The notes under the pieces were generated by a model. The model searched no databases. It was not told the DNA's origin and was given only the letters and a program-made list of their open reading frames with translations. DNA of 64,000 nucleotides from Candidatus Poribacteria bacterium. GTDB taxonomy: Bacteria; Poribacteria; WGA-4E; WGA-3G. The translations under genes were made by a program, and so were the position numbers. Positions 9,402-18,566 of this stretch are shown piece after piece (positions within the stretch are counted from its first letter, which is position 1; each line of letters starts with the position of its first letter). The stretch is from positions 512,001 to 576,000 of the forward strand of contig CBDANF010000002.1 in the NCBI GenBank assembly GCA_965197475.1, written 5' to 3'.

Positions 9402-10169
9402 TCAAATATAGTCCTTCATTGTTTTCAAGGCTGTTTCAATATTGTCGTGAAAGTTATCAAATTTGCACTCACAAGAGATGCGTCCGTCGTACCCTGCTTT
9501 TTGAAGTGCAGTAAAGAAATCCGTGAAATCAAAGTCATCATTTCCGGGATAGGAGCGTTTGACAGGTTCCGCGATATGAACATGTGCTAACCAATCTGCG
9601 GCATCAACGATGTTTTGCATCGGTTCGTTTTCCTGCCAGACGTGGTATAGGTCCACCAACGCCTTAATTCCTTTTCGGTTGACCCGTTTTGCCATTTCAA
9701 GCCCTTCAGCAACAGTGCGTAGTATATTCCCTTCTTTCATGCAGATCGGTTCAATAACAATTATGATGCCGTGTGCCTCTGCATGGTCGGCGGCCATATC
9801 AAGGAATTCTGCAATCTGTGCCAATGCCCGTTCTTCTGAATAACCTTTCTCAAGGTTCCGAGAACCGCTGCTGCCGTAAACGATAATTTCACCGCCAATT
9901 TCGTTGGCTCTGCGGCATGCTGTCTCTACATAACGAGACAAACGTTCAAAATCCACCGTGTCGCCGACAACGCGCAAGTTTCTGGGGATAAATCCCGCAT
10001 AAGCTTCCGGTTTTAAGGGAGCTTCTGCCACTTGCTCTTGAATTTCCTGAAATTCGGCTTCATCCGCTTCAGGCATTAGTGCGCTTTGCACCCCTAATTC
10101 AATATAGTCGTACCCAACTTCTGTGAGTCGGTTGACGTTTTCTAAACTGGTACAAATCCCAAACCGCAT
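9402..10169 (-). CDS. Sugar phosphate isomerase/epimerase (xylose isomerase-like TIM barrel)
   Basis: GYDYIEL, IEP, DLYH, HVHIA, GYDGRISCE. Confidence 0.9.
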   Translation of the reverse strand: MRFGICTSLENVNRLTEVGYDYIELGVQSALMPEADEAEFQEIQEQVAEAPLKPEAYAGFIPRNLRVVGDTVDFERLSRYVETACRRANEIGGEIIVYGSSGSRNLEKGYSEERALAQIAEFLDMAADHAEAHGIIIVIEPICMKEGNILRTVAEGLEMAKRVNRKGIKALVDLYHVWQENEPMQNIVDAADWLAHVHIAEPVKRSYPGNDDFDFTDFFTALQKAGYDGRISCECKFDNFHDNIETALKTMKDYI

Positions 10170-10190
10170 GAGTTTGCTCCTTTGAATGAT

Positions 10191-11333
10191 TTAAGCCCCT
10201 GCCAAAAGCAGATGTAGTAAAATTTCGCCCGAAACAATCAGTAGTGCGACAAAGAAAGTACTGAAAAAACCATTTAGTTCAAATTTACGAACCGCTATAT
10301 TGGTAATTCCAAGAAGAAAGGCTATTAAAACAAGATAAGCAGGAAACTTAACTGTGTAAGATATTAGATCCAAAATGCATTCCTCACAACCTAAGGCGTG
10401 GCCGATGTCTTTAGGTGGCGCAGATGCCAGAAAAGATTTTATACCAGCAGGAAACGAATCGGATCTCACAATTCCTGTGAGTATCGTTTTAATAGCACCG
10501 AATCCGAGTGCAACCCCTACTGCTATTGGCCACTGATCAATGCTCACCGTTGGTAAAAACCAGATTACAACAAAAACAGCTATACTCATGATGAGTAGAA
10601 TGAAAGGGTATGCTAATTGTTTTTTCATTCCACGTGATGATACTTTGGGTGGAAAGGGTTCTACAGGACCTATTTGATTAAACAGCGATTTCAAAGTGTT
10701 TACAGGGATAGCGAAATTGAGATTTTGCCCATCGTCACGGGTTTCAGAAACGATCCCTATAACTTCTCCCCATCGATTTACAACTGCGCCGCCACTACTA
10801 CCGCGAGAAATAGCTGCTGTAAACTGAAGTACTTTGTCTTGTATTCGAGGTGTGCCTTGCGGCTGAATGTTACTGATCTCACCTGATGAGAATGTTCCTT
10901 CAAATCCGCGGGGATTGCCTACAGCATAAACAATTTCACCAACTCTAACAGTATCGCTGTTTCCAAGAGGAAGTGGGGGTGCATTAAGGGTAGTGACTTT
11001 TACTATTGCAAGGTCATGCTTCTCATCAGTTGCAACAACGCCTTCAATTTCAAACCGTTTCTGCTTACCGACTAACTTTGCAGTGCCTGTTTTGGCACCG
11101 CTGATAACATGATAATTTGTTGCCACGAGTCTATTAGCAACAAAGAAGCCGCTGCCTTGCGAAGATTGACCGTTCGCATCTTTCATTTCTAATAGGATTG
11201 TGGATGCGATCGTTTTTTCGGCAATAATTTCACGTGACTGGGCATTTACGACATTTATCCCATCATATAAAAGTACCAACAAGAGCATAAAACTAAGCGT
11301 TAGTTTTGCTTTACATGTTATAACGTTACTCAT
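10191..11333 (-). CDS. Trypsin-like serine protease with C-terminal holin-like (YvlD/Phage_holin_4_2-like) membrane domain
   Basis: GSGF, TNYHV, DLA, GSSGG triad; C-terminal 4-TM segment. Confidence 0.8.
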   Translation of the reverse strand: MSNVITCKAKLTLSFMLLLVLLYDGINVVNAQSREIIAEKTIASTILLEMKDANGQSSQGSGFFVANRLVATNYHVISGAKTGTAKLVGKQKRFEIEGVVATDEKHDLAIVKVTTLNAPPLPLGNSDTVRVGEIVYAVGNPRGFEGTFSSGEISNIQPQGTPRIQDKVLQFTAAISRGSSGGAVVNRWGEVIGIVSETRDDGQNLNFAIPVNTLKSLFNQIGPVEPFPPKVSSRGMKKQLAYPFILLIMSIAVFVVIWFLPTVSIDQWPIAVGVALGFGAIKTILTGIVRSDSFPAGIKSFLASAPPKDIGHALGCEECILDLISYTVKFPAYLVLIAFLLGITNIAVRKFELNGFFSTFFVALLIVSGEILLHLLLAGA

Positions 11334-11350
11334 AATGTATCATCCTCTTT

Positions 11351-12154
11351 TTATTTTCCGAATCTTCGTTTGCGTTGGCTATAGTCGCGCAAAGCACGTA
11401 GAAAGTCAATCTTCCGAAACGATGGCCAATATGTATCACAAAAATAGAACTCTGAATAGACACTCTGCCAGAGCAAAAACCCGGACAATCGGACTTCTCC
11501 GCTGGTGCGAATAATTAACTCTGGGTCAGGAAGGTTTGAAGTATATAGATACGGTGCGATTTTATCAACGCTCAATTCTTCAGCGATTTGATTCGCGTCT
11601 TTTCCATCCTGAATTTCAGCTTTTAGATGTCCTCTGAATGCTTCAATTATTTCTTCGCGTCCGCCGTAAGCGACAGCCACATTCAGAATAAACTTGTCAT
11701 AATTCTTAGTTGCTTCTTCTGCTTGCCGAATTGCTTCTTGAAGACTTGGTGGAAGACGTTCAATCTGCCCCATCGCACGCACCTTAATCTGATTTGCGTG
11801 TAATCCCTTAATAGTGACCAGTTCACGCATTTTCCTTTCGATTAACCCCAAAATACCTTCAACTTCATCATCGGCACGTTTGAAATTATCAAGTGAAAAA
11901 ATCCAAATTGAGAATATTTCAACACCGAGTTCATCACACCAATGTAGAACTTCTTCCAGTTTGTCTGCGCCTTCGTAGTGTCCCTTAATTATATTCTCCA
12001 ATCCACTTGCTTTAGCATAGCGGCGGTTTCCATCAAGAATAACACCAATGTGACGTGGTATATTCCAAGTCCCCGCTTCTGCTTCCAACCGTTTTTGGTA
12101 CGCTTTGTAGAACCTTTTTTCAATTCGATTCTTAAGGAATTTGAATGGATTCAT
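11351..12154 (-). CDS. uppS: cis-prenyltransferase (isoprenyl transferase, UppS family)
   Basis: HIGVILDGNRR, FSLDNFKR, AYGGREE, IRTSGEVRLSGFLLWQ. Confidence 0.93.
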   Translation of the reverse strand: MNPFKFLKNRIEKRFYKAYQKRLEAEAGTWNIPRHIGVILDGNRRYAKASGLENIIKGHYEGADKLEEVLHWCDELGVEIFSIWIFSLDNFKRADDEVEGILGLIERKMRELVTIKGLHANQIKVRAMGQIERLPPSLQEAIRQAEEATKNYDKFILNVAVAYGGREEIIEAFRGHLKAEIQDGKDANQIAEELSVDKIAPYLYTSNLPDPELIIRTSGEVRLSGFLLWQSVYSEFYFCDTYWPSFRKIDFLRALRDYSQRKRRFGK

Positions 12155-12208
12155 GAGATTCTCTTTATAAGATGGCTTCAATTGGTCAATCTAAGGTTTT
12201 TGACTTCG

Positions 12209-12242
12209 GCTTCCAGAATGGTATAGCTTCCAGAATGGTATA
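12209..12242. repeat. Perfect 17-bp tandem duplication
   Basis: GCTTCCAGAATGGTATA x2. Confidence 0.9.
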
Positions 12243-12288
12243 TCCAATAGAATCAGTGAAGATGTAATACGAAATTCAGTGTTTCTCA

Positions 12289-12297
12289 ATTATACCA
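12289..12297 (-). promoter_or_regulatory. Extended -10 promoter for uppS
   Basis: TGGTATAAT on the minus strand. Confidence 0.45.
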
Positions 12298-12336
12298 TAA
12301 AACTTTGTTAAGAAAAAGAGAAACTAAAAGCCCAGA

Positions 12337-12456
12337 CAGAGGCATTCAGTTTTCGGTTTTGAATGCAGGAATCGGGATTCTGTACGCCTCTATCTACATA
12401 AATCGGGCTTAGAAAGCCCTCCCACAAGAGTCTTTTGTGACAATTGAATGGCTCTG
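12337..12456. mobile_element. MITE copy 1 (CAGAG(G/C)CATTCA TIR family)
   Basis: TIRs CAGAGGCATTCA / TGAATGGCTCTG; flanks AAAGCCCAGA / AAAGTCCAGA (9 of 10). Confidence 0.8.
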
Positions 12457-12462
12457 AAAGTC

Positions 12463-12531
12463 CAGAGCCATTCAGTTTTCGGTATTTTGTCCGTTTTAGT
12501 CGTAAAGTCGCGATTCGGAGATCGCTCCTAC
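12463..12531. mobile_element. One-ended MITE copy 2; its REP supplies the terL stop codon
   Basis: CAGAGCCATTCAGTTTTCGG followed by REP GTAGGAGCGATCTCCGAATCGCGAC (minus strand). Confidence 0.65.
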
Positions 12532-14453
12532 CGCAACTGTACACTGGCATGGTAGACGCGGCCGCTGCCGAGCCGTTGCCCGCCTTGTAGACTCAATATA
12601 AAATATGCGGTGCTGTCGATGCCGTGATTGTCACCTTTGATTGCCTCGTCATCCCTGTTCGTGCCCCGCATGTTCTCGTCATAAGTACAACTGAGAAACT
12701 CATCTGTGACTTCAAGTGGACGATATGTATCCTTCAAATCTTCATCTGGCGGATGGACAAGCCTATCCCGTAGGAAAAAGATTGCCGGTGCGCCGGTTGC
12801 GTCTACCTTTAGCCGTTCCTTGATAGCGTCAATTTGTGTGGCACGCGACTTTTTAGGTTGTTTGACAAGGAAACCTGCGCGCTGTAGCTGCTCAACTGCG
12901 TCCTGATCTGCACTGTCTACCGCTGCGTATTGTATGCGGTCTGAATTATCACAATTTGCTTGTATCATCCGTATGAAATCGGGCTTTGTGAGTTTTGTCT
13001 TGTATATCTCCTTGTATGCGTAGATGCGATCATCGTGGGACCGCGCCCACCATATACAGCTGGATGGGTTGCGGTATCCCCAGTCGATGCTGATATAGCG
13101 CGCCCATTTTGAGGAAATGGTGAAGTTGTCGATGACATGCACTTCTGGCAGAAATGTATCAAATACGAGTCCTTCCCCTGATGCCCATTTTCCTTCGTAT
13201 CCGCGTTTATAGCGCAATCCTTCAAGGTTTTGTAACCGTTCGACGCGTCGCTTGCCTTTTTCGGTTAACTCGCCAGTCTGTTGATTGTATATTTCGGGAT
13301 TGTCTCGGAATGTCATCTCGAAATATGCAAGTTTTCCAGCTTTTGTCTGCTGTCGAATCCAGTGGTTCGGTGTGCTAGGATTACAATCTCCGAGTAGGAA
13401 AGCGATGGGCATTGTGCCTGCGCGCTCGGAGACTCGTGCGGTGAGTTCGTCCCATGTATCGAATGAAACGAGTTCTGCTTGGTTGACGAACGCTGCATCA
13501 AAGAAGTCGGATAGTAGGTTCTGCGGTTTGTCTAATCCGTTCATGTAGATGCGCGATCCGTTCCAGTATTCAAAGAAGTCGGGATGTTCGCCGCCGTATC
13601 GTGTGATGGGTGTTGAATTCGGGTCGGCGCGACTTTTGGGTCGAAATCCGAGATATTTTTCATAAGTTGGGATGATGTTTCGGTATACTCTGTTGAGACT
13701 GCGGTGAATGAAGGTGAGTCGTGCGCCGGGGTATGTCCTCGCTAACTGGTCTATGTATGCGACGCAGCTAAAGGTTTTGCCTGCATCATAGGTGCCGCCC
13801 GCAATTTTTATGCTTGCGTGTGATTTGAATAGGTCGCGCATTTGTCCGTGAGGACAGAATCCGTTGGGGTTGTATTGGATGATGGGTGGTCTTTGTTTGG
13901 GGGCAGGTATGATGGTATATGTTTGCTGGTTTTGGCACTTGGTTTGCCCATTGTTTGCTATGTGCTTTTTGTCTTCCACCTCGGGTAGAGCGGATTGATA
14001 CTGCTCCATATCGGGATGCAGATGTGTTAGTAGTTGTGGTTCTTCGTCAGGCTGTTGGACTTCGTCGGTTTGTTCTGGATGGTCGGATTGCTCTGCTTGA
14101 TCGTTGGGTGTTGGATTGTGCAGCGATCTGTTGGTCTTTTGATTTTTTGCGTTATGTTTCGCTGCTTGTTTTTCCTTATATTTCCATTCGGAGATGCGTG
14201 CGTTGGTATCGTATCCTTGTTGGTCGATGTTTTCGCGTTTCCTCTGTGTGTCTTTTGTTCGAATAAGTTTGCCGTAGTCGTCTATACATTTGGATAGCTT
14301 TTTGGCTCTATCAGGATCGTTAACGTTCTTCTTGACTTTCTGAAATTCCTCATTAAGCACGTTCAACATCTCATCATACATGATATACGCCAGTTCTTTC
14401 GGATGGTTGTCTCGGCTGTTTTTACGGTTGGGGTGTCGTTTTTGTTTTTTCAT
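12528..14453 (-). CDS. Solo phage terminase large subunit-like protein (PBSX/Terminase_3 type) with N-terminal extension
   Basis: GGTYDAGKT Walker A, FVNQAE at Walker B position, GDCNP, HWI, DNP, G.W...EGLVF, IDWGYRNP, VDSA, DNHGIDSTAY. Confidence 0.85.
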   Translation of the reverse strand: MKKQKRHPNRKNSRDNHPKELAYIMYDEMLNVLNEEFQKVKKNVNDPDRAKKLSKCIDDYGKLIRTKDTQRKRENIDQQGYDTNARISEWKYKEKQAAKHNAKNQKTNRSLHNPTPNDQAEQSDHPEQTDEVQQPDEEPQLLTHLHPDMEQYQSALPEVEDKKHIANNGQTKCQNQQTYTIIPAPKQRPPIIQYNPNGFCPHGQMRDLFKSHASIKIAGGTYDAGKTFSCVAYIDQLARTYPGARLTFIHRSLNRVYRNIIPTYEKYLGFRPKSRADPNSTPITRYGGEHPDFFEYWNGSRIYMNGLDKPQNLLSDFFDAAFVNQAELVSFDTWDELTARVSERAGTMPIAFLLGDCNPSTPNHWIRQQTKAGKLAYFEMTFRDNPEIYNQQTGELTEKGKRRVERLQNLEGLRYKRGYEGKWASGEGLVFDTFLPEVHVIDNFTISSKWARYISIDWGYRNPSSCIWWARSHDDRIYAYKEIYKTKLTKPDFIRMIQANCDNSDRIQYAAVDSADQDAVEQLQRAGFLVKQPKKSRATQIDAIKERLKVDATGAPAIFFLRDRLVHPPDEDLKDTYRPLEVTDEFLSCTYDENMRGTNRDDEAIKGDNHGIDSTAYFILSLQGGQRLGSGRVYHASVQLR

Positions 14454-14508
14454 ACTGATATTATAACTGATGGTGGGTGGTGATCAGAAGTTTTTGTGGT
14501 GCGCGGAA

Positions 14509-14535
14509 CAATAGATATCCAATAGATATCCAATA
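14509..14535. repeat. 11-bp tandem repeat upstream of terL
   Basis: CAATAGATATC x2 plus a partial CAATAG. Confidence 0.7.
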
Positions 14536-14647
14536 GGTTTGTGGGAAAGGTGGGTTTGGAGGCGTTTTTTGTCTGAATCGCGGATTTGCGCGGAAGACGC
14601 GGATTTTAAGAGGTCTCTTTTGGACATGTATACTGCTAAGTGTTTAC

Positions 14648-14814
14648 CAGAGGCATTCAGTTTTCGGTTTTGAATGTAAATCCGTGCGATTTCCGGGTTC
14701 GGAAATAATGGGCGGGCACAGGGACCCGCCCCTACAATAGCAGTGTCTCTCTGAAGAAAATCGGGGTTACAAACCCCTCCTACAAGAGTATTTCGCGACA
14801 ATTGAATGGCTCTG
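14648..14814. mobile_element. MITE copy 3 carrying two REP hairpins
   Basis: Same TIRs; perfect 10-bp target duplication AAGTGTTTAC; REPs GTAGGGGCGGGTCCCTGTGCCCGCCC and GTAGGAGGGGTTTGTAACCCCGA. Confidence 0.88.
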
Positions 14815-14832
14815 AAGTGTTTACAGAATTGA

Positions 14833-14862
14833 TTGACTTTTTTAACTTAATTATAGTATACT
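14833..14862 (+). promoter_or_regulatory. Sigma70-like promoter for the MTase-HNH gene
   Basis: TTGACT-N18-TATACT. Confidence 0.55.
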
Positions 14863-14938
14863 GTTCATGTTAAGACAATTTATATATAAGATAAAAGTAT
14901 ATCAAAATCCTGAATAATAAATTTGGGGAGATGCTTTG

Positions 14939-16573
14939 ATGGTACAGGACATAGATAATACACTTTACGAGATGGACAATTTGGAGGTACTGCGTGGAAT
15001 CAATAGTAACAGCATAGACCTCATCGCAACAGACCCGCCATTTAATACTAAGCGCAACCGAAGCGGTACCGCTGGATTCTATGTCGATAAATGGAAATAT
15101 GGGGATACGGACAAACTTCCGGATCAATGGAAGTGGAATGAAGTCCATCCGAAATGGCTTGAAACTATCCAAGATGGACACCCTGCACTCTACCAAGTCA
15201 TTGAAGCCACAAAGGTTGTTCAAGACGAGGATACAGCTGCGTTTCTCTGTTTTCTCGGTGTCCGGCTCCTTGAAATGCACCGTATCCTAAAAGATACAGG
15301 TAGCATCTATTTGCATTGCGATCCAACCGCAAGCCACTACATCAAAATGTGTATGGATGCTATCTTTGGCAAAAAGAACTTCAGGTCTGAGATTACATGG
15401 AAGCGTGCAACATCTACACAAAAAGGCTCTCAACATCAGAGTAAAAGATGGGGAAATAACGCAGATATACTCTTGTATTATGCAGCATCTTCAGTCACAT
15501 CATTGTCTCCAGAGAGAGAATTGACAGAAACCGAAATCTTGGAGAAATTCAAACACGTAGACGAGAATGGACAACGCTATTACGACGACTCCGCCCATAT
15601 TTGGAGGACTCCAAATATGGGCGCGCGTCCGAACCTTTGTTATGAGTGGCGTGGTTTCGTCAATCCGCACCCATCTGGGTGGCGGTTAAGCAAAGAACGT
15701 TTGGAGGAGGAATATCAAAAAGGAAACATCGTTATTCGCTCTGATGGAAAACTGGAACGGCGGAAGTATCTAAAAGATTATAAAGGTGCATCCTATGGTA
15801 ATATTTGGGATGACGTGCCTCCACCCAGAGGTGAAGAACGCACAGGATCGCCCGACCAAAAACCGGTCACTCTCTATGAACGCATTATCAAAGCCAGTAG
15901 CAACGAGGGTGACATTGTGTTAGACCCGTTTTGTGGGTGTGCGACAACGATTATCGCCGCCAATAACCTTAAACGTCGGTGGATAGGTATTGATAGACGT
16001 AAAGACGCACGTTACCACATTATCACACGCCTTATGGGAATTGACCCAAAAGAGCGAAAGCGGATTGAGAAATACGCAACAGATAAAACATGGCTCGACA
16101 AACAGATGCAAAAAAATGAAATGCACTACCAAACTGAACCGCCTACCCGCACTGATAATCAGGAAACCGCAGCAGCCGAGTTACCACCTGTTCTTCCAAT
16201 TACTGAAGAATTTCAAATGACGCGCGCAGAAATACATAGGACGCTCGTAGAGCAGTTTGGACCTTACTGTTGGGGCTGTAATTTTGAGGCACCTGATCCG
16301 CGCTACCTTGAACTTGACCATATCAACCCAAAAAGTGGAAAGGATGACTATGGGCAGCATCATATTAATAACCGTGCGCTCTTATGTAAACCTTGTAACC
16401 TCGAAAAAAGCAACCGTATGACACTCCCTCAGCTGCGTAAAATCAACGAACAAAAAGGATATATGAAGGAAGGTACGCTCATTGACTTAAGCAGAGCAAG
16501 CGAATGGACGTGGCAATATCTTGTGCAACGGATTCGAGAAACGCCACATCAATATAACTTAAGGGGAATGTAA
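14939..16573 (+). CDS. Beta-class N4/N6 DNA methyltransferase fused to a C-terminal HNH endonuclease
   Basis: DPPF precedes DPFCGCATT; CWGC...LDHINPK...NRALLCKPCNLEKSN. Confidence 0.9.
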   Translation: MVQDIDNTLYEMDNLEVLRGINSNSIDLIATDPPFNTKRNRSGTAGFYVDKWKYGDTDKLPDQWKWNEVHPKWLETIQDGHPALYQVIEATKVVQDEDTAAFLCFLGVRLLEMHRILKDTGSIYLHCDPTASHYIKMCMDAIFGKKNFRSEITWKRATSTQKGSQHQSKRWGNNADILLYYAASSVTSLSPERELTETEILEKFKHVDENGQRYYDDSAHIWRTPNMGARPNLCYEWRGFVNPHPSGWRLSKERLEEEYQKGNIVIRSDGKLERRKYLKDYKGASYGNIWDDVPPPRGEERTGSPDQKPVTLYERIIKASSNEGDIVLDPFCGCATTIIAANNLKRRWIGIDRRKDARYHIITRLMGIDPKERKRIEKYATDKTWLDKQMQKNEMHYQTEPPTRTDNQETAAAELPPVLPITEEFQMTRAEIHRTLVEQFGPYCWGCNFEAPDPRYLELDHINPKSGKDDYGQHHINNRALLCKPCNLEKSNRMTLPQLRKINEQKGYMKEGTLIDLSRASEWTWQYLVQRIRETPHQYNLRGM

Positions 16574-16729
16574 ACTGTTTTACGTTTTCATTGAGTGCCT
16601 TGTAGTTATAGGTTAGGTAGCGCGTAAGCGAAACCCAACATTAATGTGTTAGCATTATCCACAAGAAATCAGCATTTGGTGGAGTACCAGTTAAGCAAAA
16701 AATACTGTTGATAACAAACTGGAGATAAA

Positions 16730-18190
16730 ATGGTAGAATTCTATAGATTTAGAAGCATAGATGCTCTATTAGATAAATACCAAGAACTTGAGAAACGGAC
16801 TATCTATTTTGCTGATCCAGAAGAATTGAATGATCCAATGGAAGGTTTTCGAGATATTGTGTGGAATGGTGATAAAATTGTCTGGACCAAATTTATCAAG
16901 CATTATGTTTTTTGTCTACATCGGAGTTATTTGCTTCTTGCAATGGTCAGAAACTCTACTAAATTAGATGTGGACAGTATTCCAATATTAGACCGTTGGG
17001 ATCAACTTACAATTCCTTTAGAGAAGGATTTGTTTGATGGTATCTGGAATAATTTCCACAATTTACTTAACATAAAAGAAATCATTGAGGCATTAGCGCG
17101 CCCGGAGCGCAAAATCAGATATAGAGAGATCGGATATTATCTTCAAGGTATACACTTTGTTCTTTTAGGTGAAATCCAAAAATCACATATTGAACATGGA
17201 CTCATGTCCGAACTCCAAATTCCCAAACTATCTTACGAATTGTCTACCGCAGCATCAATGGAAAACCTCCTCAACCTCATAGAACTAACCGAGGCAGTCG
17301 AAGACGAAGAGCAACTCAACGCTATATTTCATGTATGTGGAGACCGATACGATGATATAAGGCTTGAGCTGCTGTACAATAGTCGAACAATACACACAGG
17401 AATATTAGCGAAGAATACTCAATTAGTGACAGTTGATTTTCCCAAGGTATACGTTGAACAACTTGAAAGGTTACTTTGGTCCAAGTGGTACACGGCTTGT
17501 TTTACGAAAAGTTACCACAACTCATCTGTATGGGGACATTATGGGGATAACCATAAAGGAGCCTGTTTGATTTTTGAAGCTATAGAAACAGATAACTCAA
17601 ATCAATTAGGTTTGAATCTAACAACCGATAGCGGAACCAGAACATTGTTTTTCCATGAGGTTAATTATGCAGAAAAACCATGTGAGATTGATTTCTTTCG
17701 AACCATTTGCAGAGAGATGACAGTGGATATGCTCATGAAACAGTGGTACACTGATCATGAAGGGAACACCTCTAAATGTGCCGCGCATATTGAATCACAG
17801 GGAGGCGATGAAGATGTGTGGAAAAAAAGATATTGGGAGGATGTATTTCGCGACATTACTACCAAAACCACAGATTGGGCGTATGAGCAAGAATGTCGTC
17901 TAATTTTAGAAGACGGCTTAAGTCAATTCAATGAAAAAAAAGAACGCACACTAATTTATGACTTTAATTCGTTGAAAGGTATTATTTTTGGGATCAAAAC
18001 ATCAACTGAAGATCAAATGAAAATCATTAATATTATAGAAAAAAAGTGGGGTAAAAACAAACGGACTGACTTTAAGTATTATCAGGCTTACTACTGTCCT
18101 ATAAAGAGGAAGATTCGCAAGAGGCAGATATATTTGCCATTTTCTAATGTTAAAGATACTGACCAAGCCGTCTCAACGTCCAACCAATAA
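16730..18190 (+). CDS. DUF2971 domain protein
   Basis: FYRFR, LNDPMEG, ACF...WGHYGDNHKGACLIF, KTTDWAYEQECR, GIIFG. Confidence 0.85.
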   Translation: MVEFYRFRSIDALLDKYQELEKRTIYFADPEELNDPMEGFRDIVWNGDKIVWTKFIKHYVFCLHRSYLLLAMVRNSTKLDVDSIPILDRWDQLTIPLEKDLFDGIWNNFHNLLNIKEIIEALARPERKIRYREIGYYLQGIHFVLLGEIQKSHIEHGLMSELQIPKLSYELSTAASMENLLNLIELTEAVEDEEQLNAIFHVCGDRYDDIRLELLYNSRTIHTGILAKNTQLVTVDFPKVYVEQLERLLWSKWYTACFTKSYHNSSVWGHYGDNHKGACLIFEAIETDNSNQLGLNLTTDSGTRTLFFHEVNYAEKPCEIDFFRTICREMTVDMLMKQWYTDHEGNTSKCAAHIESQGGDEDVWKKRYWEDVFRDITTKTTDWAYEQECRLILEDGLSQFNEKKERTLIYDFNSLKGIIFGIKTSTEDQMKIINIIEKKWGKNKRTDFKYYQAYYCPIKRKIRKRQIYLPFSNVKDTDQAVSTSNQ

Positions 18191-18289
18191 TGAAGTTCTC
18201 ATGGGAACACCTCTCTGTCACAACATTTAATAAAATAATTATACACTCCATCATTATAGTGGATTTTACAATTACTTAGATATTGCCAA

Positions 18290-18515
18290 TCGGCGAGGTT
18301 AGGAAACCTCGCCTACCGGGAAGTGTATATTTACTGAAACATCGCAACAGCGCGCTTACAAAAGCGCGCCTACTTTGTTTTAGACGTTGTGAGTATGACA
18401 ACCGTAGGTTGGATAGAGCGCAGTGAACCTAACAATTTAAGTCCTGTGCTATTCTACTAATTAGCGGACGGAGGACCCACGGCGTGTGCCTGCTACCATG
18501 TTGGATTTCGCGCGA
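18290..18515. repeat. Cluster of several different GTAG-REP hairpins
   Basis: GGCGAGGTTAGGAAACCTCGCCTAC, GCGCGCTTACAAAAGCGCGCCTAC, GTAGGTTGGATAGAGCG... Confidence 0.75.
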
Positions 18516-18566
18516 ACAAGAGCGCAATGAGCAGAAGCGGACACACTTATCCCTGAAAGTGGGTTT

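Noticed and set aside
14484-14801. 105-aa minus-strand ORF as terminase small subunit
   Set aside because: Made largely of MITE/REP sequence; the same pseudo-peptide (IQNRKLNAS) appears in 12308-12550
12337-14814. Composite transposon carrying terL
   Set aside because: Outer flanks do not match each other; each complete MITE has its own target duplication
12300-18500. Prophage
   Set aside because: Only terL is present; no integrase, portal, capsid, tail genes or att sites seen
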